A stretch of DNA of 63,656 bases, counting the filler, from Octopus bimaculoides (taxonomy: Eukaryota), in assembly GCF_001194135.2 (NCBI RefSeq). It is 6 parts of 6 records of this genome, joined end to end, with 100 filler letters (N's around TTAATTAATTAA, not from the genome) between each part and the next. Parts side by side here need not be neighbours in the genome. Positions count along the whole stretch, not along the records: positions 49,008 to 61,583 come from NC_068983.1; positions 61,684 to 63,656 come from NW_026351367.1; 4 more parts are not named here. The stretch is one strand, 5' to 3'. Of the stretch, positions 51,020 through 63,530 are shown in pieces. Under the pieces are notes generated by a model. The model did no database searches. It worked only from the letters and a program-made list of their open reading frames with translations, and was not told the DNA's origin. The position numbers were made by a program, and so were the translations under genes. Every line of letters starts with the position of its first letter. The stretch's first letter is position 1.

Positions 51020-52175
51020 GTATCGTAATCAGCCAACCAGCGAGGAGGGCACCTCCCTCTGTAACCGCCGTGGGACTTCACGACTAGCCTTCTTCTTGTC
51101 TATTATTGTTGGCCCCATCCTTCGTCGTAGCGATGATCCTGCGCACATCCAAAACATGTCGTGGTATGCCATCTACGGATACACTGTTCCTCGAATTCAC
51201 AGAGGTTATTGTTCCCTTTCCCTACTGTGATGTGCACCGCGCATTTGGGGGCTTAACCCAGACTTCTTCTCCAACCTGCACAAAAGCATGCTCTTTCTCT
51301 TCTGCGGGATGCGGCGATGCAGTACATGGATGCCTCCACTCGTACTTGAATATTGTCCTGTGTGGCCCTGACTCCTCAGCCTGCCCCGTCCTGGGCGATA
51401 TATTATACCGAAAAACGGCCTCGACCGGTGAGATGTGACCCCTCTCTGCTATGGTCTTGATGGTACGATGATGCCTCTCCACAACCCCATTGCCACTTGG
51501 CCAGTATGCCACCCTGAAGAAACGGCTGACATGCCACTTGTCGAGCATTTCCCCTAGCACCTCTGAGCGAAACGCAGTGCCATTGTCCACAAGCAGCTCA
51601 TCTACAGGGCCTCGTTCTATGAATATCTCATTCAGTATTCTTGTGATTTCCTCCCCGGCCCCGTCTTCATCTCCTTCCATATGGCCAACCACCCTGGTCC
51701 GCAGTCGACCATTGAGAGGTATGTCCCCTGCCGGTAGTGTGTCAAGTCCACTGCCAGTCGTTTCCAGTTGTGTTCCACTGGAATGCTTCCTGCCTCATGC
51801 ACACTCGGAGCGGGGTCAATGGACTGGCACCTGTCACAGCTCCCAACTACTATTTGCACACTCTGCCTGGTCGCGTCAGAGTCGACTTTCCTGGCTAGGA
51901 ACAGAGTCCTGTCCACCCCCATGTGAAGCATGGTTTGCAATCTCCTCAGCTCAGTGCCACTCAGTCGACACACCGCAGCCACTCCTTGCTCCAGATTCTC
52001 TGGCACCTGCAACCAGGCTTTCTTTACTCTGGTCAAGACGTCCGCTCTATTCCTCTCTCAGGGCACAAAAACCACACTCAGCTTCAGTTCAAACTCGACA
52101 GCTAGCCCACCCAGAAATCTCAGACGGCGTTTTATCAGCATCTCTGTGCCCCCTTTGGTTCGCACCCTCTGCATA
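51020..52175 (-). pseudogene. Ty3/Gypsy pol remnant: RNase H C-end plus integrase, disrupted
   Basis: LIKRRLRFLGGLAVEFELKLSVVFVP*EENRADVLTR; HMGVDRT...CDRC; LAVDLT; LLVDNGTAF; SGNGVVERHHRTIK; VWVKPP. One frameshift and in-frame stops. Confidence 0.95.
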
Positions 52176-52954
52176 TATATANNNNNNNNNNGATTCCTTG
52201 GAAGTAATATTTCCATATATGTGTGCGTGTATGCGTGTATGCGTGTGAGCGTGTGAGCGTGTGTGTATGTACATTCACGCACATTAACACACGCACGCGC
52301 TCTCACACGCATACATATATACAAAACATATCCATATGTACAAGATATGTTTTTGCATCACATTTCCTATGTGATATGTTTTATTAAACGGACTCCATAT
52401 ATCGTATTTACAAGTTCGTTATCCTATTGTTTATTTCGAATATTTCATACAAGTTTCTATGATTTTGTGAAAAACTTACAAACGATTTTTCTCTCTTTAC
52501 TTTCAAGTATTTTATTTATCATTTTTAGTATAAAAGTTACAAATGAAAAAAAAAAAATTAAATAAACGATTTTCTCTCTTCATTTTCAAGTATTTTATTT
52601 ACTATTATATATAACGTTCACCAAACAAGTAGGCATGTTCCTATGACCGAACAGTTGAGTTGTAACTCAATAAGTTATATCTCATTTCGTAACGGGAACA
52701 AGATGTGCTTTTTATTTTACTTTCGCGATTATTTAACCACCCAAACAACCACCCATCCATACGTTCGGACATATATACATACATACATACATACACACAT
52801 GTGTCTGTGTATGTGTGTGTGTATGAAATTTAATTAGAGGTTGTGCTAACTTCATGAAGAGATGGTTTCATCCAAGGAAAAACTGGTTCAATACATAGTA
52901 TTTTGGGGAAATGAAATTCCTTAGAATAATAGGTATACTTAAAAACATATAGTT

Positions 52955-53268
52955 TATATTCATTTAAAGGAAGAAGATGATGGAGATTGGGAAGTTAATA
53001 ATTGCTTATTATTAACAGCAAATTGATCATCTTCACTTACAGCCGTTTCTATTAAGGCTGCTAAAATGAATTCACAAACACACAAATAGCTTCAGAAGGT
53101 ACATCTTTTTACCTCTGATGATATTATGCTCACGTTACATAAATGTAAATTTAATGTTTATTGAGTATTAATAGAAACGGCTGTAAGTGAAGATGATCAA
53201 TTTGCTGTTACTAATAAGCAATTATTAATTTCCCAATTTCCATTTTCTCCTTTTAAATGAATGAATAT
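52955..53268. mobile_element. foldback MITE-like element with ~100-bp TIRs
   Basis: TATTCATTTAAAGG...CACTTACAGCCGTTTCTATTAA (52955-53055) versus TTAATAGAAACGGCTGTAAGTG...TTTAAATGAAT (53168-53268). Confidence 0.85.
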
Positions 53269-53392
53269 ATATTCACACATATATACTTACAACATTTTTT
53301 GGAGTCACTCGCGACACTGAGTTTCGTGTGCAGGCGCACAGTCTTTAGGAAACAAATACTCTTCTTCGAGAGCCAACACTAAACGGACCCGC

Positions 53393-53436
<44 letters not shown>

Positions 53437-54359
53437 NNNNNNNNNNNNNNNNNNNNNNNNNNNNNNNNNNNNNNNNNNNNNNNNNNNNNNNNNNNNNNNN
53501 NNNNNNNNNNNNNNNNNNNNNNNNNNNNNNNNNNNNNNNNNNNNNNNNNNNNNNNNNNNNNNNNNNNNNNNNNNNNNNNNNNNNNNNNNNNNNNNNNNNN
53601 NNNNNNNNNNNNNNNNNNNNNNNNNNNNNNNNNNNNNNNNNNNNNNNNNNNNNNNNNNNNNNNNNNNNNNNNNNNNNNNNNNNNNNNNNNNNNNNNNNNN
53701 NNNNNATATATATATATATATATACGATTATGGAATCGCAGTTTTGTGAATCGAAACAGTACTCAGTACTTTTAAATTCGGTGGATTAACACTTATTCAA
53801 AGATGTGTCTGCGTGAATCACTATTTGAAATTTCTCGTTTCCGGCGCATTATAATTTGAAACGCAACTAGTCTTCCATCTCCTTCGGACTCATTAAAAAA
53901 TAAAATTTAATCACCATATAAGATCAATATGACTAATTATGATGATGATAACGATGGTGATGATGATGACGACGTCGATGGTGATGGTGATGGTGATGGT
54001 GATGGTGGTTGTGGGGGCAACGATGATGATAATGATAATAGCGACAACGACGATGATGATGTTTATGACGATGATGATGATGATGATGATGATAATATTT
54101 TCGAAGAGTAACGAAGAATATAAAAGAAATTACTGATTTTCACGAACTGAATAAGAGCAGTTTATTCAGGTAAGATGGGATCAGATGTTTATTAATTATG
54201 TAAATGAGTTTGTGTCATTATAACAATTGTAAACACATTTAAAATGAAAACAATTCTATGGAATTATGATATTGTTAATTTTAAAAATTCGAAGAATGTG
54301 ATAATTTCCAAGTCTCTTACTTGGCCATTAGTCTCCATTTTAAGTTTTTTTTTGTTCAT

Positions 54360-55040
54360 TAAAATTTCTTCAAGACAGTCTTGACGTCCATATTCTCTTG
54401 GGTCTGTGACGCACTGTCCAAGCCTGTGCTTTTCTGACTTAAATGTACGTTAAGCAACGAAGCTGTTTACCCAGCTACCAAGATATCCGAAATCCTCAAC
54501 CGAATTCATCTGTGACCTGTTCATTGCTCGCAGATCAAGACCTTTGTTTTGGTTGAAGAACATATACACTGTTTTCTTTACATTTGGATGGAGACCGATT
54601 TTACTTGCTCAGCTCTCTGCCCTATTGAGCAAAATCAGACAGTTCCTTGATACCTCTGATTCCATGTTCTTGTATTGCAGCGAAAAACAAACACTTACCA
54701 AATAAGTAAAGAAGAATTTAGAGGGCTGCTACTCAAAAATGCTATCAATGGCCCTGGATATGAAAATTCAGCAGCCACTCGACCAATGAAGCCTTCCAAA
54801 TGTTATCAAGTTTAGAGAACGACGTCTCTGCATGTCATATTAATGCATGCCTCACTAGTAATATGAAGCATCAAATCTTGTGTTCTGGAACTCACATCAT
54901 GATACCAGCAAGCGTAGTAGTCGTCGTCTGACATTCATCGACAATCTGAAGAAGGGCATGAAACTGGATTCTATCCACGAACTGAAGTTGGCAATAATGT
55001 GTCGAAAAACCGGGTGGGAGACCGACGAAGGAAGAAAAGC
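54360..55040. mobile_element. RTE-like LINE fragment with inverted 5' segment
   Basis: Minus 54655-54360: LLNRAES*ASKIGLHPNVKKTVYM...VEDFGYLGSW...KAQAW...KRIWTSRLS. Plus from 54658: DSMFLYCSEKQTLTK*VKKNLEGCYSKMLSMAL...RERRL...LTFIDNLK. Confidence 0.85.
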
Positions 55041-55749
55041 ATTTTTTCAAGAGTGAAGGCATGATTGTCTGGTCACAGATCGTACTTCGCAACTATATCG
55101 TCTCCGTATCTGTTCCTATTGTTCAATACTTTCAACAAATATCCTCTGTCAATACTTTTGTGAGCAGAATTTGGTAGACAGAAGCAAGGCAGAAACCCGA
55201 CGTATGCATGATCAATAACTCTTACTAGACTATACGATTCGAAACTAAAAATATAATAATCCTTTATTTTTCCCTTTCTTCAAGGGTTAATGAAATATGT
55301 CACTTTTTGAAATTGTGTACATCTCACTCTGAAATCTGAACAACTATACAAGAAAACGTTTGGCTGTCCGTCAATGCAACACCTAAACGACGTTTAAACA
55401 ATTACATATTCAACATAAAAAAAAGATATCTATGCATCTCAAAACTGTGCATCATCTAATCAAGTAACTGTCATCGAATCATCTAAACTATATCTGACAA
55501 GTGCATCACATCAAAGCAACTGTGTAATGTTTGAGAAAAAAAAAACAAACATTTATGTAAAGAAGTATGCGATGTATAAGCTTCAATCCAATATTTAAAA
55601 GACACAATACAATTACAAATATCAAATAGTATAGTTAATTCACCAAGAAAAGAAATCTTACGATCAACATATCTACCCCATAAGTGCGTCATTTGTGTGC
55701 ATTACAACCAAATTGTTAGAGAAGGCTTTGATCTCTCTCGCTCTCTCTC

Positions 55750-55832
55750 TCACACACGCATACATACATATATATGTATTTATGTATATATATATAAATA
55801 TATGTATTTATGTACATGTGTATATATACGTG

Positions 55833-55864
<32 letters not shown>

Positions 55865-55980
55865 TATATATATATATATACACACACATACATACATACA
55901 CACATACATGCACACAGGTATACACAGATAGATAAATACATAAGTATATATATACTTATGTATATATACGTATATGTGTG
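55750..55980. repeat. (TA)n/(CA)n compound microsatellite
   Basis: Visible directly. Confidence 0.9.
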
Positions 55981-56339
55981 CTAGTATATTTATTTGAGCG
56001 TCTATATGTATGACAATATATGTGTAAGCGTACGCTGTAGCTGTATTATGATCTTATAAATTTACTGAAGATGTATTGCGTGAACATGCATCATTTATCT
56101 ATCAAAGTAAGTAAGTAAGTAAGTAAGTAAGTATGTATGTATGAATGTATGTATGTATGTATGTATGTATGTAATCAACAGATTAAATCCAGAAATTCTC
56201 GGTATAGAAAACACTTAGCGTTCAAATGATTCGAACTTAGACTCCGAAAGCTTTACGAGAGACCAATTGCGCAGGGTGAGCTGATATGGAGGCAATTATA
56301 CGGATAAACAAATTAGATATAACAGCTTGGGTTTGATAT

Positions 56340-56384
<45 letters not shown>

Positions 56385-57194
56385 GCAAAAAGAAAGAAAG
56401 CAAATACTGAATATTTAAGTATGAATTTATATATTAATCAATTAAACTTACATAGGGTACAAACAACAGAGAAAATTAATAAAGTTGTTTGTTTTTTGTA
56501 GTAAGACTTCCATGTAGAGATCCCTAGGTGGAATTGAGATAATCTTTGTAGATGTGCCCAATAATTGCTTATCTTTCTTTCGATAAATACATTTATAAAA
56601 AGTTAGGTTTCTACCTTTGAACACTCTTCCATCTGCCTACCTATCTCTCTACTTCTCTACCTCAGTCTTTTAATCACACATGCACACATACGAGCGCGCG
56701 CCTGTACTATCTTTCCGTTTACCCCACCTCTCTTACTCTCATACACAGCGCAGCTCTGAATAAGCAGATCTACGCTAGGAGCGTTGAAAATGTTACCCGT
56801 TTCGTATTTTTGCTTATCAAGGACTGCAATGTCTGTTGTTTCCATTGTTTTTCTTTAAGGCAGCAGCATATGATTTGAGAGAGATTTGGCTGCTATTTCA
56901 TTTGCTTGACAAAGTTGCTGATGTTGGTGCTGAAGCTGCCGCTGCTGCTCTCCTGGTGATGACAACGACTACAATGATGACTACAAGGATAAGCACGACG
57001 ACAATGACGGCTTTGATTTATTTCAAGATTCAGTAGTGTTTGTGTAATGAAGCATATATTTGCATGCATTTAGCATGATGAATAATATTTCTGATATGAA
57101 ATAAGAATGTTTTATTAATTCCTCAGGTAGCATAATTTCTGACTATGTGTACGTAGGTAGAGAGAGTGTGTGAGAGAGAGAGACATACATACAT

Positions 57195-57410
57195 ATTGAT
57201 TTCAAATCTTGGCACAAGGCCAGCAATTTCGGGGGAGGAGATAAGTCGATTGCATCGACTCCAGTGCTCAACTGGTACTTATCTTATCGACTCCGAAAGG
57301 ATCAAGGGCAAAGTCGACCATGGCGGAATTTGAACACAGAGCGTAAAGACGGACGAAACGTTGCTGATCATTTTTGCCCGGCGCGCTAACTATTCTACCA
57401 GCTGGCCGCC
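57195..57410 (-). mobile_element. SINE family B
   Basis: GGCACAAGGCCAGCAATTTCGGGGGAGG...TCGACTCCGAAAGGATCAAGGGCAAAGTCGACC...GCCCGGCGCGCTAAC. Confidence 0.8.
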
Positions 57411-57753
57411 TGTATGAACATACATACATATTAATTATTAAAAAGGCAGGGAACAACAATAACGTAATGAACTTCATTAGCTTGCAGCTGTTTCTGCTGC
57501 AGGAAGCAATGTACTCAAAGCTGAGTGCTTGTGCAACATCATGCAGCATCCACGGAGCCATTTAAAATGAAGTTAATTTTTCTTTCGGAAAGCATTTAAA
57601 TACATAGAAAGCTGTCATTCGGAACAATTTCTATAAATAATACAATACGTTCCGAGGGTGAGAAGCTACTCTCAGAAATATGCAGATTTAAATAAGCATA
57701 TGTATTCATATAGGCGCATAATGAACGCACACTCACACACACATACGCGCGCG

Positions 57754-57809
<56 letters not shown>

Positions 57810-58232
57810 NNNNNNNNNNNNNNNNNNNNNNNNNNNNNNNNNNNNNNNNNNNNNNNNNNNNNNNNNNNNNNNNNNNNNNNNNNNNNNNNNNNNNNNNNNN
57901 NNNNNNNNNNNNNNNNNNNNNNNNNNNNNNNNNNNNNNNNNNNNNNNNNNNNNNNNNNNNNNNNNNNNNNNNNNNNNNNNNNNNNNNNNNNNNNNNNNNN
58001 NNNNNNNNNNNNNNNNNNNNNNNNNNNNNNNNNNNNNNNNNNNNNNNNNNNNNNNNNNNNNNNNNNNNNNNNNNNNNNNNNNNNNNNNNNNNNNNNNNNN
58101 NNNNNNNNNNNNNNNNNNNNNNNNNNNNNNNNNNNNNNNNNNNNNNNNNNNNNNNNNNNNNNNNNNNNNNNNNNNNNNNNNNNNNNNNNNNNNNNNNNNN
58201 NNNNNNNNNNNNNNNNNNNNNNNNNNNNNNNN

Positions 58233-58274
<42 letters not shown>

Positions 58275-58276
58275 AA

Positions 58277-58880
58277 CAGGGTCCACCATAAGTAACTATA
58301 TATTTTCTTTTGCTTGTAAAAGTTTTTCTATTTCTATTTCATAAGAGCAAAAGATTGCGGTTTTGAAATGGTTCTGCACAAAGTTATCTGGCTATGCTAC
58401 AGAAGCTGCTTATGCCGTTATTACAACAGCAGGATGGAGCAGAGGGTCTGTACTTTTAGCAGGACGGGGCTCCAGCCCATTATGCTATGCTTGTGCGAGA
58501 CTGGCTGGACGCCAACCTGCCCTGATGGACTGGCAGGCGAGGATTTGACCCCACCCGATTTTTTCCTGTGGGGTGTCCTCAGAGAGAAAGTCTACTCAAC
58601 AAAGCCCCTGCCACATCGCTGAACTTAAGGAGCAAATCCGAGCTGCCTGTATATATATATACAGGGTCCGCCGTAAGTAACTATATATTTTCTTTTGCTT
58701 GTAACTTTGTTGATACTAATTCAATTTTTCTATTTCATATGTCATTTGAAAGCTGAAATCTTATATTTTTATTTTAGTTTTTCCCTATTTCAGATATTCT
58801 GTTATATCGATTATGTCTACCCGATTAACGAAAGAGCAAAAAATTACGGTTTTGAAATGGTTCTGCACAAAGTTATCTGG
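58277..58880 (+). mobile_element. two tandem internally deleted Tc1/mariner-superfamily derivatives (58277-58650; 58662-58880)
   Basis: Both start CAGGGTCC(A/G)CC(A/G)TAAGTAACT. Copy 1 reads SYLAMLQKLL...F*QDGAPAHY...VRDWLD...DLTPPDFFLWGVLREKVY. Copy 2 reads MSTRLTKEQKITVLKWFC. Confidence 0.85.
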
Positions 58881-58884
58881 TAGC

Positions 58885-59400
58885 TCGGATTTGTTGGAAA
58901 GGGCCTCATTGGCTGCCCCAGCCTGGCTTTTATCTGTTTAGAAGTCACGTAACCACTCTCCCAGTTTTTCGACTATGTCGAGTCTCCGTAGCTTGTGGCT
59001 ATCAAAGGCCTTTGCAAAATAGAAAACCATCATATCCACGTTTGAGCGCTTCATTAGTTCCTTCAATACCCAGTCATAATGCTATAGAAGTTGCGTATGG
59101 CAGCTTCTTCTTGAGTTGAAGCCATGCTGGGTGTCAGAGAGCAAGTCGTTATCTTCTAGAAACCTGATCATGTGCCCTCTGATAATGCGTTCCACGAGCT
59201 TACTGACATGTGAGATGAGAGAGACAACTCGATAATTTTTAGAACCCGTTCTGCTACATCCTTCACGGTAGGACATATGCCTTCCGTTATCGTTGTGGGA
59301 AGTCTTCCATTTGCAAGACAGCTTTGGAAGATCTGTAGTGATCTTGTTAGATCCCCTTTGTGGGATTACTGGGAAACTATCAGGGATATAAATACGTATC
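58885..59400 (-). mobile_element. CR1-like LINE RT N-terminal fragment
   Basis: KNYRVVSLISHVSKLVERIIRGHMIRFLEDNDLLSDTQHGFNSRRSCHTQLL followed by FAKAFD. Confidence 0.9.
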
Positions 59401-59949
59401 CAAGGTAGTCAAGCCGAGGAATAATAGTAGTAATAAAATCCCACTATTAATTAATGCTTCACATGGCAAACTTCAAATAATTTTTGACAGCCTTTGAGAA
59501 CGTTCGACGACCAAATCCAAATGCTGGTCTTCTGCGAATAAGCCTCTAAGTTCGGCAGAACTGTTTGCTTTGATGAGGGCTATGTATAATGGTTTGTGTG
59601 AGACCGAGAAGGTTGGATGAGTGGCTACTCAAAGTTTCGTGTTGCTGATCAGACACCCGAGTTTAGGGAATGAAAAATTCCGGGTAGGGACTGATTTTCA
59701 ATTCTTCTTCGAAAAAATATTCTTCCAATCTACAGGACAGTGTTCAGTACTCTCTTCTCAAGTACTTCATTGCATTTCGCACCAGACCCATCAAAGATTA
59801 CATACATATACGTACATACATACATACATATACACACAGACACGCACACACGCATACATGTATAAATGTGTGTATACATGTGTACATATATACACATACA
59901 AACATACATAATGTATGTTTATATACGCATAAGGGCATACCCACACATA

Positions 59950-59990
<41 letters not shown>

Positions 59991-60936
59991 NNNNNNNNNN
60001 NNNNNNNNNNNNNNNNNNNNNNNNNNNNNNNNNNNNNNNNNNNNNNNNNNNNNNNNNNNNNNNNNNNNNNNNNNNNNNNNNNNNNNNNNNNNNNNNNNNN
60101 NNNNNNNNNNNNNNNNNNNNNNNNNNNNNNNNNNNNNNNNNNNNNNNNNNNNNNNNNNNNNNNNNNNNNNNNNNNNNNNNNNNNNNNNNNNNNNNNNNNN
60201 NNNNNNNNNNNNNNNNNNNNNNNNNNNNNNNNNNNNNNNNNNNNNNNNNNNNNNNNNNNNNNNNNNNNNNNNNNNNNNNNNNNNNNNNNNNNNNNNNNNN
60301 NNNNNNNNNNNNNNNNNNNNNNNNNNNNNNNNNNNNNNNNNNNNNNNNNNNNNNNNNNNNNNNNNNNNNNNNNNNNNNNNNNNNNNNNNNNNNNNNNNNN
60401 NNNNNNNNNNNNNNNNNNNNNNNNNNNNNNNNNNNNNNNNNNNNNNNNNNNNNNNNNNNNNNNNNNNNNNNNNNNNNNNNNNNNNNNNNNNNNNNNNNNN
60501 NNNNNNNNNNNNNNNNNNNNNNNNNNNNNNNNNNNNNNNNNNNNNNNNNNNNNNNNNNNNNNNNNNNNNNNNNNNNNNNNNNNNNNNNNNNNNNNNNNNN
60601 NNNNNNNNNNNNNNNNNNNNNNNNNNNNNNNNNNNNNNNNNNNNNNNNNNNNNNNNNNNNNNNNNNNNNNNNNNNNNNNNNNNNNNNNNNNNNNNNNNNN
60701 NNNNNNNNNNNNNNNNNNNNNNNNNNNNNNNNNNNNNNNNNNNNNNNNNNNNNNNNNNNNNNNNNNNNNNNNNNNNNNNNNNNNNNNNNNNNNNNNNNNN
60801 NNNNNNNNNNNNNNNNNNNNNNNNNNNNNNNNNNNNNNNNNNNNNNNNNNNNNNNNNNNNNNNNNNNNNNNNNNNNNNNNNNNNNNNNNNNNNNNNNNNN
60901 NNNNNNNNNNNNNNNNNNNNNNNNNNNNNNNNNNNN

Positions 60937-60967
<31 letters not shown>

Positions 60968-61410
60968 GTATATGTATGTATGCATGTGTATGAAGGCATG
61001 TATGTATGTAGGCACGCATTTGACGAAATACAAGTTTGAATTATGTACACACGAATATAATACATACATATATCTGCTGATTTGCAACTACCAAAAGAAA
61101 AAAGGGGGAAAAAAAAGGAAATGAATGATATATCAATGTTGTTGTGGAATAGGAGAGAAAAGAGCAATATTTTGTTGCATACCATCACAAGAGACTTCAT
61201 TCGACCTTGTTCCTGTTGATTAATGCCTAATGTATATATTGGTTTGCAGATTTTATCGACCCCGAACCGATGTAAAGTAAAGTTCAACTGCGCAGAATTT
61301 GAACTCGGAACATAAAGACGAAATCCCGCCAAACATTTTTCCATGTGTGCTAACGATTCTGGCATTTCGTCGCTTTTTTTTTTATCAGAAGTAATATTAC
61401 CTGAACTATA

Positions 61411-61424
61411 CATACATACATACA

Positions 61425-61455
<31 letters not shown>

Positions 61456-61548
61456 TTACATACGTACCTACGTACGTACGTATGTATGTATGTATGTATG
61501 TATGTATGTATGTATGGATGTATGTATGTATGTATGTATCTATCTATC

Positions 61549-61583
<35 letters not shown>
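61411..61583. repeat. (CATA)n-(GTAC)n-(TATG)n-(TCTA)n-(TA)n compound microsatellite
   Basis: Visible directly. Confidence 0.9.
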
Positions 61584-62363
61584 NNNNNNNNNNNNNNNNN
61601 NNNNNNNNNNNNNNNNNNNNNNNNNNNTTAATTAATTAANNNNNNNNNNNNNNNNNNNNNNNNNNNNNNNNNNNNNNNNNNNNGTGTGCGTGTATGTGTG
61701 TTGTTTCGTGCCTTCATATACGTATATCTATATGATTTTGTGCGCATAAATGTGTATGTACGCATTTACGTATGCATGTATGTATGTACGTATGTGCGTG
61801 TATACATACGTATGTGTGTGTGTATGTATGTATGTGTGAGTGTGTATATATGTGTCTGTATGTGTGTGTGTGTGTGTGTGTGTGCAAGTGTGTGTTTTTG
61901 TGTGTGTATGTGTCTGTTCATTGAAATGGATTCAATCTAAATGAGCTATAGTAAATTTACTATTCAACATAACATACACGTATACACTTAGAGACTTTTA
62001 TGTATTTTTAACTTAAATATCGACACAACGATTCAAGTATATTGACACCTACGTATACGAATGTGTGTGTGTGAGTGTATTTGCGTACAATGATATCTAA
62101 TTGATCCAAATATCTACGTGTATGAAGTTAGCAAGCAGTCGGTGCTAGATATACAAACAACTTTCAGAATCTTATAATAGTTTATTGACGTAGAAAGTTG
62201 TACGTTTTTTCTCGTATCGAAGTTCGATTGGCTGAAAAAAATTTTTTTTTATAGTTCAAGGGTTGCTATGCATGCGAATTGAGGGAATAGAGCAGGTAAA
62301 ATCCAGGCTACATATGTTTCCTAGGTGGGTGATCCTCGGAATGATTACTGGTGAGGAAAAGAA

Positions 62364-62425
<62 letters not shown>

Positions 62426-62493
62426 GTGTGTGTGTGTGAGTGTGTGTGAAACAGGGTGAAAGATAGCTGTGTGTGTGTTTGTGTGTATATATC

Positions 62494-62545
<52 letters not shown>

Positions 62546-63289
62546 CATCCATCTATCTATCTATCTATCTATCTNNNNNNNNNNNNNNNNNNNNNNNNNN
62601 NNNNNNNNNNNNNNNNNNNNNNNNNNNNNNNNNNNNNNNNNNNNNNNNNNNNNNNNNNNNNNNNNNNNNNNNNNNNNNNNNNNNNNNNNNNNNNNNNNNN
62701 NNNNNNNNNNNNNNNNNNNNNNNNNNNNNNNNNNNNNNNNNNNNNNNNNNNNNNNNNNNNNNNNNNNNNNNNNNNNNNNNNNNNNNNNNNNNNNNNNNNN
62801 NNNNNNNNNNNNNNNNNNNNNNNNNNNNNNNNNNNNNNNNNNNNNNNNNNNNNNNNNNNNNNNNNNNNNNNNNNNNNNNNNNNNNNNNNNNNNNNNNNNN
62901 NNNNNNNNNNNNNNNNNNNNNNNNNNNNNNNNNNNNNNNNNNNNNNNNNNNNNNNNNNNNNNNNNNNNNATATATATATATATATATAATACAAATATAT
63001 ATATATAGTTGATAGATATATATACATGTATGTATATATGTTGCAAATATTTGAGATAAATAGATAGATACATGTATACGTATATACATTTGTGTATCTC
63101 TTCGTGTGTGTTAGAGAGAGAGAGCAAAAGAGTGAAAGACAGTATTATGTAGGTATGTATATGTGTATGCGCATGTATTTGTAGGTAAGTACGTGTGTGT
63201 ATGTATGTATATATGTATGTATGTATTTATATATGTATGTATACATATGCATACACACATACATACATATATGTATAATTATATAGTGT

Positions 63290-63530
63290 TGTTTGTTCCT
63301 TCTCGAGACATGCCTGGCCCATAAGGGTCGGTTTCCCGGCGGACAGGCCCTCCACCGGGCTGAGACACCGGTCCGTCGCAGTTGAGCTGCTAGATGCAGG
63401 AAGAAAGAGGAACGACTCAACATGGCGCTTAGGGTGTTTCGTCCATAAAAAACACACATCGAGATTCGAACCCGTGATCTCTCGACACGAGTGTGCTGCT
63501 GTGACCACTAGGTCATGTGCCTCCACCTAT
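63290..63530 (-). mobile_element. tRNA-derived SINE family E
   Basis: Minus-strand head GGAGGCACATGACCTAGTGGTC, B-box GGGTTCGAATCTC. The body matches 25790-26030. Confidence 0.75.

Noticed and set aside
62252-62350. Plus-strand candidate exon QGLLCMRIEGIEQ(VKSRLHMFPRWVILGMIT)
   Set aside because: Plausible splice signals, but no homology or neighbouring exons that I can identify.
107-63526. Most ORFs in the six-frame track (YIYI, CVCV, HTHT, LSIY, poly-X)
   Set aside because: They are translations of di-, tri- and tetranucleotide repeats or run through N gaps. They have no splice or homology support.
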